Counted from the first letter of the stretch, positions 1-12,457 are shown. The stretch: 64,000 nt of DNA from Mobula birostris (GCF_030028105.1 NC_092382.1:103995586-104059585), one strand, 5' to 3'. Translations and numbers: made by a program. The notes: generated from the sequence alone by a model not told the origin.

Positions 1-109
1 GATTGATGTTTGGGATTGATTTGGGAGGCGAATGACCCAGTGGGGAGTGTTGAGGCGGGTGCTTGGCGGAATTTCCCCATGATATATACGAGCCAATATA
101 AGGGAACGT

Positions 110-540
110 TACCTAGAGTGTGTGGAGGGAGTTTCACTCTGTGTCTGACCATCACATTGTGTGGTAGGGCGCTGCGGAGGAGGCTTCACTCTGTGTCTGA
201 ACACGGGACTCTATGATGAGACGGGGTGGAGGAAGTTTCACTCTCTGTCTGACCCCGGCTGTGTGTGGTGGGATGGTGTGGAGGGAGACTCACTCTGTGA
301 ACGACCCCGAGAGTGTGTGATGAGACAGTGTGGAGGGAGCTTCACGCTATGTCTGACACCGGGAGGGCATGATGGGACGGTGTAGAGAGAAATTCACTCT
401 GGGTATGACCCCGGGATTGTCTGATGGGACGGTGTGGACAGAGCCTGACTTTGTGTCTCACAACGGTAGAGTGTGATGGGACGGTGTGGAGGGAGCTTCA
501 CTCTGTGTCTAACCCTATCAGTGTGTGGTGGGTCGGTGCT
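110..540 (+). repeat. 52-bp satellite array (consensus GTGTGTGATGGGACGGTGTGGAGGGAGATTCACTCTGTGTCTGACCCCGGGA), degenerate
   Basis: Tandem units visible directly. The 52-bp period was measured at 2941/2993 and 61801/61853. Confidence 0.9.
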
Positions 541-1088
541 GTTCCGAACCCGCAGGTTTCGTTTACTGTGGACTGTCGCTTTAAGAGCGCCTGAGGGAGG
601 CGGGACTATGACGCCAGTCAGAGGATGCTATGGTTTGGGCAGATTAAACACAGTGAGAGAGAGAGAGACCTTCAATCGTAGTAGAGAGAGGGAGAGACTG
701 CGGAAGCCGGTATCTTCAGCTTGTCGCAATTGTGGCTTGGAAATCTCCTGTGCCCAGAAGTGTGTTTTAAACATCGGCAAACAGTGCACAACGAATGTGT
801 GACTGTCACTTCGTACAACACATAGGAGGAGATTTTGGATTATCCTCTGGGACCACTTTGTAACCCCTGCCTGTGTATGCTGTGTGGTAACCTCTGCAAG
901 ACGATAGTCCCGTGACACTCAAGACTCTAAGCTCTTGTTCCCCGCCACCCCCCACAAAACTCAATGGTTATATTCACGCACATATCTACACATAACGCCG
1001 TAACTTCTCTTTATCTTGGTTAAGTTACTATATTATAAGTAGTTACTAATAAAGATAGTGGGTTTAACATCAAAACCAGACTCGCACA
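540..1088 (+). mobile_element. Solo-LTR-like element
   Basis: Interrupts the satellite, begins TG and ends near CA, with AATAAA at ~1048. Shares CTGTGGACTGTC(G/A)CTTTAAG with a fragment at ~10007. Confidence 0.4.
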
Positions 1089-1089
1089 T

Positions 1090-1790
1090 TTCTAGGGATG
1101 TACGGTGTCGAGCATTCTGGCTTGTCGTATGGCCGCCTGGTGTGGAGGCTGCAACGCAGAGGGTCGCCATGGACCATAGAAGGTTCTAGACTCAGCCAGC
1201 TCCATCACGGACGCAACCCTCTCCTCCATCGTGGACATGTTGAAGAAGGAATGCCTCGGGAAGACCGCATCCATCAGCGAGGACCATCTCCCGCCGGGAA
1301 ATGCCCTGTGCTCATCGGTACCACCGGGGAGGGGTACAGGAGCCGGGAAACTCAACAATTTACAAGCAGTTGCTTCCCCTCCGACATCAGATTGCGAAAG
1401 CTCCCTGAACACTTAAACACTCCCTCGGTATTCAGCTTTTTGCAGTATTTATTAATTTTCCCAATTGTCGTGAGTTTTATCTCTTTGTACCGCGCTGAAG
1501 CCACGTTGTGGTTGTACAAAAGGTCGGTGAGGCCGCGCTGGGAGTTTGGTGTTCAGTTCTGGTCGCGCTGCTGTAGGAAAGATGTCACTGAGCTGGAAAG
1601 AGTGCAGAGGGAGATTTACGAGGATGGTGCCGGGACTCGAGGGTCTGAGTTATGGAGAGAGAGCAAGAAGGATGGGACTTCGTTCCTTGGACCGTAGGTA
1701 TGAAGCCAGGAGAGGCACATACAGGGTGAATGTGCACAGTCTTTTCCCCCCGGGTTGGTGAACTGAGGGCCAGTGCGCACAGAATTGAGG
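1090..1790 (+). mobile_element. Decayed Rex/Babar-like and CR1 LINE 3' fragments downstream of gene A
   Basis: Translates to SILAC..AAWCGGCN..SSIT (Rex/Babar-type C-terminus) and LYKRSVRPRWEFGVQFWS (CR1 ORF2 C-terminus). The same pair recurs at 25700-26440. Confidence 0.7.
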
Positions 1791-2739
1791 CGAGAGAGGG
1801 TGGAGGGAACCGAGAGAGGAGAGGCAGCGAATGGGGTCCGAGGGGCAGAGGAAGAGGGAGAAGGGGAATGAGCTGGGGAGAAGAAGGGCAGAGAGAGAAG
1901 AGGGGTGGAAAGTGGGAGTAAATGGGGGGAGAGCGGGGCCGGGAGGGGAGAAGAGTAGTCCAGATGGGGACAGGTGGATCAGTGGGGCAGAACAGGGATG
2001 CGTGTAGAGGAGGAAAATGGGGTAGGAGTGAGGTGCGGAGAGGGTGGGAGGGGATGAAAGGATGGGGGAGTGAGAGTGGTGTAGATTGAATGGGGAGAAT
2101 TGTGGAGCACTCATTTGATTAAATCCGGCTCCACGTGGTGTTGACAAAAACCTTGGATCTCTTCAGTAAATATCCGGGTATAAATGTGCAGACTTCTCGC
2201 AGATGAATCTGTGTCTACTGTTGCAACTGTAGATCCGTGACTCGAGTCGCACTTAGTGCAGACGGCCCTTCCATAGAGCATCTTGTAAAGAAGATTAGAA
2301 GCTACGTTCTAGCAAAGAGGGTTAGACTATTTCAACAGAGACAAAACAGATCCAGCAGACAACCGGAGACCGTCGCAAAATTAATCCCACTAACCTGCGC
2401 TCTCTCCACAGCCCATTGTCAGTCTCTAAACTAATCTTATGATACCGCGCTCTCGCCATAGTCCCGAGTATGTCACCGTATGAATTCCACTACACCGTTC
2501 TCCCCTACAGTCCCAAGTCAGCTCCCAAATTAATCGCACTGCACCGCCTTCTCCGACAACGCTGTGTCAGTCAACCAACTAATTCCACTGACCCAGACCA
2601 ACAACAGCCCAAAACTCACCTGTTTTCCCATTTTCCAATCCAGTACGTTGTGTATCGAGAGACACCACTGAAAACAAAATGCTGTGAAATTAAATCCCTT
2701 CATTAATGTTTAGAACCAGACTCTCTCAATGCCTGTCGA

Positions 2740-3715
2740 AGTGAAGGGACGGTACAGAGAGGAAATCACCCAGTGCCTGAGCCCGGGAGTGTGCGATGGG
2801 ACAGTGTGCAGGGAGCCTCACTCTGTGTCTGACCCCGGGAGTCTGTGATGGGACGGTGCGGAGGGTTCCTCACTCTGTGTGTGACCCCGGGAGTGTGTGA
2901 TGGGACAGTGTGCAGGGAGATTCACTCTGTGCCTGACCCCGGGAGTGTGTGATGGGACGGTGTGGAGTGAGTTTCACTCTGTGTCTGACCCCGGGAGTCT
3001 GTGATGGGACGGTGCGGAGGGTTCCTCACTCTGTGCCTGACCCCGGGAGCGTGTGATGGGACAGTGTGCAGGGAGATTCAGTCTGTGCCTGACCCCGGGA
3101 GTGTGTGATGGGACGGTAGGGAGAGAGATTCACTCTGTGTCTAACCACGGGAGTGTGTGATGGGACGGTGTGGAGTGAGTTTCATTCTGTGTCTAATCCC
3201 GGGAGTGTGTGATGGAACGGCGTTGAGTGAGCTTCTCGGTGACTGACCACAGGAGTGTGGACGGGACGGTGTGTAGGGAGCTTCACTCTGTGTCTAACCA
3301 CGGGAGTGTGTGATGGGACGGTGCGGAGGGTTCCTCACTTTGTGCCTGACCCCGGGAGTGTGTGATGGGACAGTGTGCAGGGAGATTCAGTCTGTGCCTG
3401 ACCCCGGGAGTGTGTGATGGGACAGTGTGGAGTGAGTTTCACTCTGTGTCTAATCCCGGGAGTGTGTGATGGAACGGCGTTGAGTGAGCTGCACGGTGAC
3501 TGACCACGGGAGTGTGGACGGAACGGTGTGTAGGGAGCTTCACTTTGTCTCTGATCCCAGTAGTGTTTGATGCAACAGTGTTGAGGGAGATTCACGGTCT
3601 CTGACCCCGGAAGTTTGTGACGGGACGTTGTGGAAGGAGCTTCACACTGTGTCTAATACGAGCAGTGTGTGGTGAGATGGTGTGAAGGAAACTCCACTGT
3701 GCGTCACACCCCGGG
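2740..3715 (+). repeat. 52-bp satellite array (intron between CTLD-1 and CTLD-2 exons of gene A)
   Basis: About 18 tandem units visible. Confidence 0.95.
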
Positions 3716-3939
3716 AGTTCTTGACTGTTGATCTCTCTTCCCACGGTAAAACATACCTTTTCCACGTTTGAATTTATTTCCAGGAGCCTTGCATCAAATT
3801 TTGAACAATGTTCCCTCGCTCCATCATAAGATTTTACGGACGTGGATATAAAATAACACCAGCCTTCCTTTTCGGTCCAGTACGGGGGACACGTTTGCTC
3901 TGAAACTCAAGAACAAGAAACAGTGAATCTTCCTCCAGT

Positions 3940-4325
3940 GATCCCGTTGCGCCGACTGGGATCAGAAGAAAGTCAATCTCCCTCCACACCGTCCGATTGC
4001 ACACTCCACAGGTCAAACACAGAATGAATCTCCCAGCGCATCGTCCCATCACACACTTCCGGGATCAGACACAGAGTGAATTTCCCTCCACACCGTTCCA
4101 TCACACACTCCCGCGGTCAGACACAGAGTGAGTCTCCCTCCACACCGTCCCATCACACACTCTCGGGGTCAGACACAGAGTGAAGCTCCCTCCACACCGT
4201 CCCATCACACATTCCCAGGGTCAGACACAGAGTGAAGCTCCCTCTACACCGTCCCATCACACACGTCTGGGGTCAGGCACAGAGTGAAGCTCCCTCCAGA
4301 CCGTCCCATCACACTCTCCCGTGGC
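3940..4325 (-). repeat. 52-bp satellite array, opposite orientation
   Basis: CACACCGTCCCATCACACACTCCCGGGGTCAGACACAGAGTGAA units. Confidence 0.95.
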
Positions 4326-4804
4326 AAGAGATGGAGTAAAGCTCTCCACCTTCTCCCTCCCCTTCTCTCAACCCCCTGTGAAGAGGAACAGAGGAACGGA
4401 AGGCTGTCGTCTCACCTCTTCTCCTACTTAGGTATTGGCAAATCTGATTTTTGGTTTCGGTGATGGCTCTGTACTTCGTTTCTAGCTGATTGCATTCATG
4501 GCGGAGATCGGTGTGTGTTTGATTCAGCTCTGAGAGTTCGGAGTTGAGGATGGTAATGTTATTTTCGAGTTTGGATAGGTTGTTGTTGAGGGCGGAAATA
4601 CTCTTCAGACAGTTTCTCTGGGAGAAATCCAGGTGGGAATTCTCAGATGTCCTGGATTTAAGGGTTGAGTTCAGCTCATGGACTTGCTGTTGATACTGGC
4701 GTTGGGTCCTGTTCATCTCCTGGTGTTGTTCCCAAAGTCTCCGGTAGTTTCGGTCGGAGGTGATCACAGACTGACGAGTCTGTGATACTGAGAGTGATAG
4801 TAAG

Positions 4805-5870
4805 GGGTGTGTCAGTGACACGGTGTGAGGTGTGTCGGTGTCACAGTGAATTGTGTGTCTGTGTCAGATGAGGGTAGATTTTGTGTCACAGTGAGAAGCG
4901 TATCTGTGACAAGGTCCGAGGAGTGTCGCTTTCACGGTGTGGGGGTCATACTGAGGTGCGTGTCGGTGTCATAGTGACGGGCGTGTCTGTGTCACAGTGA
5001 GGGCTGTGTGGGTGCTACAGTAAGCGGTGTGTGGGTGTCACAGTGAGGGGCCTGTCGGTGTCACAGTGAGGGCCTGTCTGTGACACGGTATAGGGAGTGT
5101 CAGAGTCAGAGTGAGGGGTGTGTGGCTGTCACAGTGATAGGCCTCTCTATGGCACAGTTTGTTGAATGTTGGTGTCACAATGAGAGTCCTGTCGGTGTCA
5201 AGGTGAGTGGTCTATCGGTATCACAGTGAGGGGCTTGACTGTGTCACGGTGTGGAGAGTGGCGCTGTCACGCAGAGGGGTGTATCAGTGTCACGGAGAGG
5301 TTTGTGTCGATGTCACAGTGATGGGTGTGTTGCTGTCACAGAGAGGGTTTGTCGGTGTCACGCAGAGGGGTGCGTCAGTGTTACAGTGAGGACTGTGTCG
5401 GTGTCACAGTGAGCGGTGTATCAGGGTGACGGAGAGGGTAGTGTTGGTGTCACAGTGAACGGAGTGTCAGTGTTTCGGTGTGGGGTGTGTAAGTGTCAAG
5501 GTGAAGAGAGCGTCGAAGTCACAGAGTGAGGGAGTGTCGGTGTCACAGTGATGTAGGGTGTCCGTGACACGGTGAAAGGCGTGACGATGTCACGGTGTGG
5601 GGCCTCTGGGTGTCACAGTGAGGGTCGTGACGATGTCCCTGTGAGAGGAGTGTCAGTGTAACGGTGTGGGGTGAATAAGTGTCACGGTGAGGGGGGTGTT
5701 GGTGTAATGGTGTGGGCTGGACGGTGTCACGGTGCAGGGTGTGTCGGTGTCACAGTGTGGAGAATGTTGTTGTCACGGAGAGGGAAGTGTCGGTGTCAGG
5801 GAGCTGTGTCGGTGTCACGGTGAGGGTTTTTTCGGTTTTACGGTGAGTCTACTGTCGTGCACCGTGTGCC
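4805..5870 (+). repeat. ~21-22-bp degenerate minisatellite (GTGTCGGTGTCACAGTGAGGG) upstream of the neck exon
   Basis: Dozens of GTGTCAC(A/G)GTG units. A homologous array sits in the same intron of gene B (43310-44355). Confidence 0.85.
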
Positions 5871-5907
5871 GGTACTGTTATAATAATGATAAGTGTCTTC
5901 TCTATGC

Positions 5908-6383
5908 TACCGTCCCATCACACACTCCCGGTGTCAGACACAGAATGAAACTCCCTCCTTCCGTCCTATATCACACTCCCAGGGTCAGACACAAAGTGAA
6001 TCTCCCTCCACACCGTCCCCTTAAACAAACCCGGGATCAGGCATCGAGTGAAATTCCCTCCCTCCATCCTATCCCGCCCTCCTGGCATCAGACACAGAGT
6101 GAAGCCCCCTCCACACCGTCCCATCACACACTCCCGGGGCCGGAAACAGAGTGAATCTCCCACCACACCGTCCGACCCACACACTCCCGAGGTCAGACAC
6201 AGAGTGAAGCTCCCTCCACAACGTCCGATCACACACTCCCGGGGTCAGACACAGAGTGAATCTCCCTCCACACCGTCCCATCACACACTCCCGGGGTCGG
6301 ACACAGAGTGAATCTGCCACCACACCGTCCGACCCACACTCCCGGGAGTTAGACACAGAGTGAATCTCCCTCCACACCGTCCT
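5908..6383 (-). repeat. 52-bp satellite array
   Basis: Tandem units visible. Confidence 0.9.
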
Positions 6384-6399
6384 GTTGTTTCACCTTCTT

Positions 6400-7885
6400 T
6401 GTCAATGAAAAGTATACTTTTCTAGGGGTGAAGGGTCATAGTTTTAAGGTGCTTGGAAGATGGTACAAGGGGTTGTCGGAGGTATGTTTTTCGCACAGAG
6501 TGTGGTGGGTTGCCACAGAGCGAGAGTACACTTCCATCGATGGTGGTCGATGCGGAATCAATGGGGTCTTTTAAGACACTCTTAGATGGGAACTTTTTTC
6601 TATGGTTTTGTTAATGGACTTGACCCCGACTCCTACTTTCCACACAGCCATCTGTACCACAAAATCATTGACAAGCAATGTGATAAGTTGCAGTCCCAAT
6701 ACTGACTCCGTGACGAACACCACTAGTCACTGGCAGCCAACTAGAGAACGCCCCTTACATTCCCATTGGCTGCCTCCTGCCTGCCAGTCATTCCTTTAGA
6801 CATGCCGGTGTCATTCCTGTAACGCCATCGGGTTTTAGCTTGTTAAGCAGCCTCAGGCATGGCGCTTTATCAAATGCCTTCTGGATTGCCAGTCAATGAT
6901 ATCAGCTGCCTGTGCTTTGTCCAATCTGCTGGTTACTTCCTCAAATAACTCTAACAGATTTGTCAGGCAAGATTTTCCATGACAGAAACCAAGCTGACTT
7001 TGACTTATTTTGTCATTAGTCACCAAGTGCCTCACAACCTCAAATTTATTAATAGACTCCGACACTCCCTCAAACACTGACTTCAGGCTAACTGGCTAAT
7101 AATTTCCTTTCTTTGGCCTTCCTCATTTCTTAAAGTGTGCAGTGACATTTGCAATCTTCCAGTCCTCCGGACCATGCCAGAATCAAGTGATTTTTGAAAG
7201 ATCGTGACCAATGAATCCGTTATCTCTTCAGCAACCTCTCTCAGTACTCTGGGATGCAGTCCATCTGGCCCAGGTGACTTATCCACCTGAAGACCTTTGA
7301 GTTTGCCAGGTACTTTTTTTTTCCGTTGTAATCGCAACGGCACTCACTCCTGCACCCTGACACTCACGGACCACTGGTATAGTGCTAGTGTCTTCGACAG
7401 TGAAGACTGATGGAAAGTACCCATTAAGTTCATCTGTCATTTCTTTGTCGCCCATTACTACCTCACCACTCTCATTTTCCAGAGGTTCAATATTAACTCG
7501 GAACTCCCCATTACTCTTCATACATTTTGTTTTAAGTGTTAGTATCCTGCTTTATGTTATTGGCTTGTTTGCCCTCATATTCCATCTTTTTCCTTCTTAT
7601 CGTTTTTTAGTTGCCTTTTGTTGGATTTTAAAAGTGCAACAATCATCCACCTTCCCACTTACTTATGCTACCTTCTATGCCTTTTCCTTGGCTTTTATGC
7701 AGTCCTTAATTTCCTTTGTCAGCCACGGTTGCCTACACCAGCCATCTGAGAACAACTGCTTCTGTGGGACATATCTATCCTGCGCCTTATGAAATATTCC
7801 CGAAATTCAGCCATCTCTGCTCTGCCGTCATCCCCGCCAGTATCCTCCTGCAATCCGCCTGGGCAGGCTCCTCTCTCATGCCTCT
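6400..7885 (-). mobile_element. CR1 LINE fragments (short + strand 3' piece 6400-6590, then minus-strand RT-region piece)
   Basis: ORF track gives [28 protein letters not shown] and KSPGPDGLHPRVLREVAEEI, typical of CR1 ORF2. Frameshifted. Confidence 0.9.
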
Positions 7886-8248
7886 GACGGACACCACACT
7901 AAGCGCAGTCTCCCATTCTTTTCCCGCAGCGTAGTGTAGGTCACCACACTAGTCCCACTGTCCCACTCTCCACCTCACACCCTGTATCAGTCAGAAGAAT
8001 AATCGCACTGCCGCACTATCTCCCCGCAGCCCCATCTCAGTCCCAAAAGAAATGACATCGTCCCGCTCTCTCCCCAGAACCCTGAATCAGTCCCCATACT
8101 AATCACCTTGCCCACTCTCCCGGTCGAGCCCCAAGTCAGTCCCCAAACTACTCGCACTGCCCATGCCCTCACCACAGCACCCTGTAAGACTCCAAACTGA
8201 ACCCACTGCCCCCCACTCCACACAGCCGTCAGTCACTGAGAACCTCAC

Positions 8249-8309
8249 ATGCATAGGCATTTTCCAATCCATTTACGTCAGCTTCCATCTAAGTTTTGGA
8301 AACAAGATC
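8249..8309 (-). pseudogene. Pseudo CTLD-2 exon
   Basis: cag|GATCTTGTTTCC..TGGATTGGAAAATGC..|gtgag. Carries the WIGKC motif but has a stop and a frameshift. Flanked by the same intron repeats as intact CTLD-2 exons. Confidence 0.7.
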
Positions 8310-8359
8310 CTGGTAAATACATTTTCTTTCGTTACCACTCTGCATGGAACGTTATCGTT

Positions 8360-9290
8360 GGACCCTGGAAGTGTATAATGCAATAGGGCGGAGGGAACTT
8401 CACACTACTTCTACCCGGTGGTGTGTGATGGGGTAGTGTGGAGGGAGATTCACTCTGTGTCTGACCCCAGCAGTGTGTGATGGGACGGAGTGGAGGGAGC
8501 TTCACTCTGTGTCTGAACCCGGTGGTATGTGATGGGACGGTGTGGAGGGAGATTCACTCTGTGTCTGACGCCGGGAGTGTGTGATGGGACGGTGTGGAGG
8601 GAGTTTCAATCTATGTCTCTCCCGGGAGTGTACGATGAGGCGGTCTGTAGCGAGCATCACTCTGTGTATGATCCCGGGAGCTTGTACTGCGACGGTGTAG
8701 AGGGCGATTCACTCTGCGCCCGAGCCCAGGGTTGTGTCATGGGAGGAGTGTGGAAGCTTCACTCTGCATGACCCGTTGAGTGTGTAATGGGACGGTGTGG
8801 AGGGAGATTCACTCTGTGCCTGACCCTGGGAGTGTGTGACGGGACGCTGTGGAGGGAGCTTTACTATTTGTCTGATCCCGGGAGTGTGTGATGGGACCGT
8901 GTGGAGGGAGCGTTACTATTTATTTGACAGCGCAGGTGTGTGATGGGAAATTGTGGAGGGAGTTTCTCTGTCACGCCTCGTGGGTGTGCGATGGGACGAT
9001 ATGGAGGGAGCTTTACTATTTGTCTGATCCCGGGAGTGTGTGATGGGACGCTGTGGAGGGAGCGTTACTATATATCTGACAGCGCAAGTGTGTGATGGGA
9101 AAGTGTGGAGGGAGTTTCTCTGTCACGCCTCGTGGGTGTGCGATGGGACGATATGGAGGGAACGTGACTCTATATGAACCATGAAGTTTATGATGGGACG
9201 GTGTGGAACGAGTGTCACTTTCTGCCTCACCCCGGGAGTGTGTGATGGGACGGTGTGGAGGGAGGATCGCTCTGTCAGGCCCCGGGCAGT
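8360..9290 (+). repeat. 52-bp satellite array
   Basis: Tandem units visible. Confidence 0.9.
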
Positions 9291-9322
9291 TTGCGGACAT
9301 CCTCACGTGGTATGGCACATAC

Positions 9323-9465
9323 CTTTTCCTCGATTGAGTTCATTTCCAGCAGCTTTCAACCGCACTTCGAATATCTTTGCTTCGCTCCAGCGTGAGATTT
9401 TGCCACCGTCGATATGAAATAACAAGCGCCTCTCCTGTTGACCCACCCCTGGAAACACATCTGTT
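9323..9465 (-). pseudogene. Pseudo CTLD-1 exon
   Basis: 143-nt GT-AG exon EQMCFQGWVNRRGACYFISTVAKSHAGAKQRYSKCG*KLLEMNSIEEK, with an in-frame TGA and the conserved Cys replaced by Tyr. Confidence 0.85.
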
Positions 9466-9749
9466 CTGTAAATGGGGAACAGAGAACAGTGAGTGACGAT
9501 ATTGGGTTTTGCTGACCGAGAAACTTTGAACCCACAGGGAGTCTTCATGTTGTTTCTGATATAAATAGTCGCCAGTACACTCACGAAAGGGAGATTACCC
9601 TGTAGCCATCCAGTTTTCGCAGAATCGCTCACTATAGACAACTGGCCTAATGATTTACACACTAAGTTCAGGAACAGCTTTTACCCCTCAACCATCAGGA
9701 ATGAGGTCAGGAGCCTCGGGACTCACACCACCATGCTCAGGAACTGTTA

Positions 9750-9909
9750 CTGGGGGAGATTCAGAAGGCAGTTCTCGGAAGTCCTGGATTCCAGGGTTGA
9801 GTTCACCTCATGAATCTGTTGACGATATAGGCGCTGGGTCCTGTTCGCCTCCTGACGTTGTTCGCAATGTTTCATTCACAGATGATCATAGACTGACGAG
9901 TCTGTAACA
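9750..9909 (-). pseudogene. Partial pseudo neck exon
   Basis: cag|..LQTRQSMII..EQRQEANRTQRLYRQQIHEVNSTLESRTSEN, homologous to the gene A neck. Contains a stop and is truncated by a LINE-derived repeat. Confidence 0.8.
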
Positions 9910-10228
9910 CTGAGAGTGACGGTCAGGGGGCGTGTCAGTGGCACCGTGTTGGTGGGGGCGGGCGTTTCAGATTGTGGTGTGTTATCTACCTCTAGGGTTC
10001 ATATTGTCTGTGGACTGTCACTTTAAGGAGAAAGAGGGAACCGAGACTGACTGTTTGGCTCTGTGTTAATTTCTACTGTCTGCAGAATTACCTCGTTGCT
10101 GTGGTGACCAGCTCGTGTTATGTTTTCTCTGCAGCGTGTTTACTTTTTTACAAGGACAGTTGCAGACAGAGAGAAACACATATTCAGACTCAAGATGGGT
10201 TCCATTAATTAAAGACAACAGTGAGGAT

Positions 10229-10628
10229 CTTCCGGTGACGTCATCGTCCAAAATGGCAGCTTGAATGAACAGCTACTCCGGAAAAAAAACGCATATATTG
10301 CCGCGTTCATTTATCAAATATAAGATCTTCCAAAAATATCTGAATTGATAAAGGGGGCAAGAATGGGGAAAAGAAATGGAGATAAAAAAGGAATCAGTGC
10401 GGAGCCTATGGACGGGAGAGGTACAACACGTGTCTCTCCTACTCGAACGCGTGCTCGCCAGGCTGACGATGGGCCTCGTTCAGGTGAAGCGGCGAACATG
10501 ATAAAACCTCTGGAAGAGATACGGGGATTACAAAGAGATATAAACGAGCAACTCAGTGATATCAAGTCACAGCTTGACACCGTCAATCAAAAAATAGCGG
10601 TGCCCGAGACTCGAATTGAGAAGGTGAT
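10229..10628 (+). mobile_element. L1/Tx1-like LINE 5' end with ORF1 N-terminal coiled coil
   Basis: CTTCCGGT..AAAATGGCAGC-type 5' end. ORF 10345-10632 (MGKRNGDKK..LEEIRGLQRDINEQLSDIKSQLD) is truncated by satellite. Confidence 0.6.
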
Positions 10629-12280
10629 GTGATGGTGTGCAGGGAGCTTCACTCTGCGGCTGAGTCCGGCGATGTGTCATGAGACGGCGTGGAGGGAGCT
10701 TCACTGCGTATGGCCCGGTGAGTGTGTAATGGGACGGTGGGGAGGGAACTTCACTCCGTATGACCCGGTGAGTGTGTAATGGGACGGTGGGGAGGGAGCT
10801 TCACTCACTTCTGACACCGGCAGTATGTGATGGGGCGATGTGTAGCAGCTTCAATCTGAGTCTGATCCAGGTATGTGTGATGGGACGGTGTGGAGGAAGC
10901 TTCACTCTGTATGACACCGGGAGTGTGTGATGAGACGGTGTAGAGGGAGCTTCACTCTGCGTTTCACTCCGGGAGTGTGTGATGGGACGGTGTGGAGGGG
11001 GCTTCACTCTGTGTCTGATCCCGTAATATTGCGATGGGACAGTGTGGAGGGATTTCCACTCTGTGTCTTTTTCCCGGGATGGTGTGATGCGACAGTGGGG
11101 AGGGAGCTTGACTAGTTGTCTGTCCCCGGGAGTATGTTACAGGACGGTGTAGAGGGAACTCATTCACTGTCTGATCCGGCAGTGTTTGATGCGACGACGT
11201 GCAGTAGCTTCATTCTGTGTCTGATCCCAGGATGTGTGATGGGACGGTGTGGGCGGAGTTTCACTCTTTATAACACCGGGAGTGTGCGATGGGATGGTGT
11301 GGAGGGAGATTCACTCTGTGTCTGACCCCGCGAGTGTGTGATGGGACGGTGTGGGCGGAATTTCACTCTTTATGACACTGGGAGTGTGTGATGTGACGGT
11401 GTGGAGGGAGCTTCAGTCTGTATTGCCACGGGAATGTGTGATGGAGCGGTGTTCAGGGAGCTTCACTCTGTGTCTGACCACGGGGGTTTGCGATAGGACA
11501 GTGTGGAGGGATTTCCACTCTGTGTCTTTTTTTTTTTTTCCCGGGATGTTGTGGTGGGACGGTGTGAAGGGAGCTTCACAATTTGTCTGACCCCTGGAGT
11601 GTGTGATTCGTTGGTGTGGGGCAGCTTCACTCTGTTTTTGACCCTGTGATTGTGCGATCGGACTGTGTGAAAAAAAAAAAAAGCTTCACTCTGTGTCTGT
11701 CCCTGGCAGTGTGTGATGGGTGAGTGTGTGGGGAGATATAATCTGTGTCTGACCTCGGCAGTCTCCGGTGGGACGGAATAGTGGGAGCTTCACTCTGTGT
11801 CTGATCCTGTGATTGTGCGATGGAACTGTGTGGAAAAAAAAAAGTTTCACTCTGTGTCTGTCCCTGGCAGTGTGTGGTGGGTGAGTGTGTGGGGAGATAT
11901 ACTCTGTGTCTGACCCCGGCAGTCTCTGCTGGGACGGAATAGTGGGAGCTTCACTCTGTGTCTGATCCCAGAAGTGTGTAATGGGTCGGTGTAGAGGGGG
12001 CTTAACTCTGTGTCTGATCCCGTGATTGTGCGATGGGACGGTGTGGAGGGAGCTTCCCTCTCTGTTTGACCCTGGGAGGGTGTGATGGGACGGTGTAGAG
12101 GGAGCTTTACTCTGTGTCCGACCCCGGGTGTATGCAATGGGACGGTATGGCGGGAGCTTCACTCTGAGTGACCCCTGAAGCGTGTGATAGGACGTTGTGG
12201 AGGGAGCTGCACTAGTGTCTGGCCCCGGGAGCGTGTGAAGGGACGTTTTGGAGGGAACTTCACTCTGTCAGGCCCCGGGC
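10628..12280 (+). repeat. 52-bp satellite array (degenerate, with an internal ~160-bp duplication)
   Basis: Tandem units visible. Confidence 0.9.
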
Positions 12281-12315
12281 AGATTGTGGCCATCCTCACG
12301 TGGTCTGTCACATAC

Positions 12316-12457
12316 CTCTTCCTCGATTGAGCTAATTTCCAGCAGTTTTGAGCCACCCTTCGAACAATTTATCTTCGCTCCAGCGTGAGATTTTGCCACC
12401 GTGATATGAAATAACAAGCGCCTCTCCTGCTGACCCATCCCTGTCAGCACGTCAATT
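12316..12457 (-). pseudogene. Pseudo CTLD-1 exon (duplicate of 9323-9465)
   Basis: ELTC*QGWVSRRGACYFIS(frameshift)VAKSHAGAKINCSKGGSKLLEISSIEEE. Flanks 12260-12700 align with 9270-9720. Confidence 0.85.

Larger units (their letters stand above)
2111..4787 (-). pseudogene. Gene A: 5'-truncated C-type lectin-like receptor pseudogene. Exons: neck 4787-4416, CTLD-1 3899-3757, CTLD-2 2681-2620, last exon ~2308-2111.
   Basis: GT-AG exons translate to VSQTRQSVITSDRNY..QICQYLSRRR / [48 protein letters not shown] / HFVFSGVSRYTTYWIGKWEN / [35 protein letters not shown]. The last exon needs three 1-bp frameshifts to match gene B. No TM or cytoplasmic exons are found upstream, where the sequence jumps into satellite at ~5905. 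Confidence 0.85.

Noticed and set aside
2740-3715. 52-bp repeats as a CRISPR array
   Set aside because: Units are contiguous with no unique spacers, there are no cas genes, and the context is eukaryotic
4805-5870. Functional V(D)J recombination signal sequences or Ig/TCR segments
   Set aside because: Heptamers only, no nonamer at 12 or 23 bp seen, and no V, D or J coding segments
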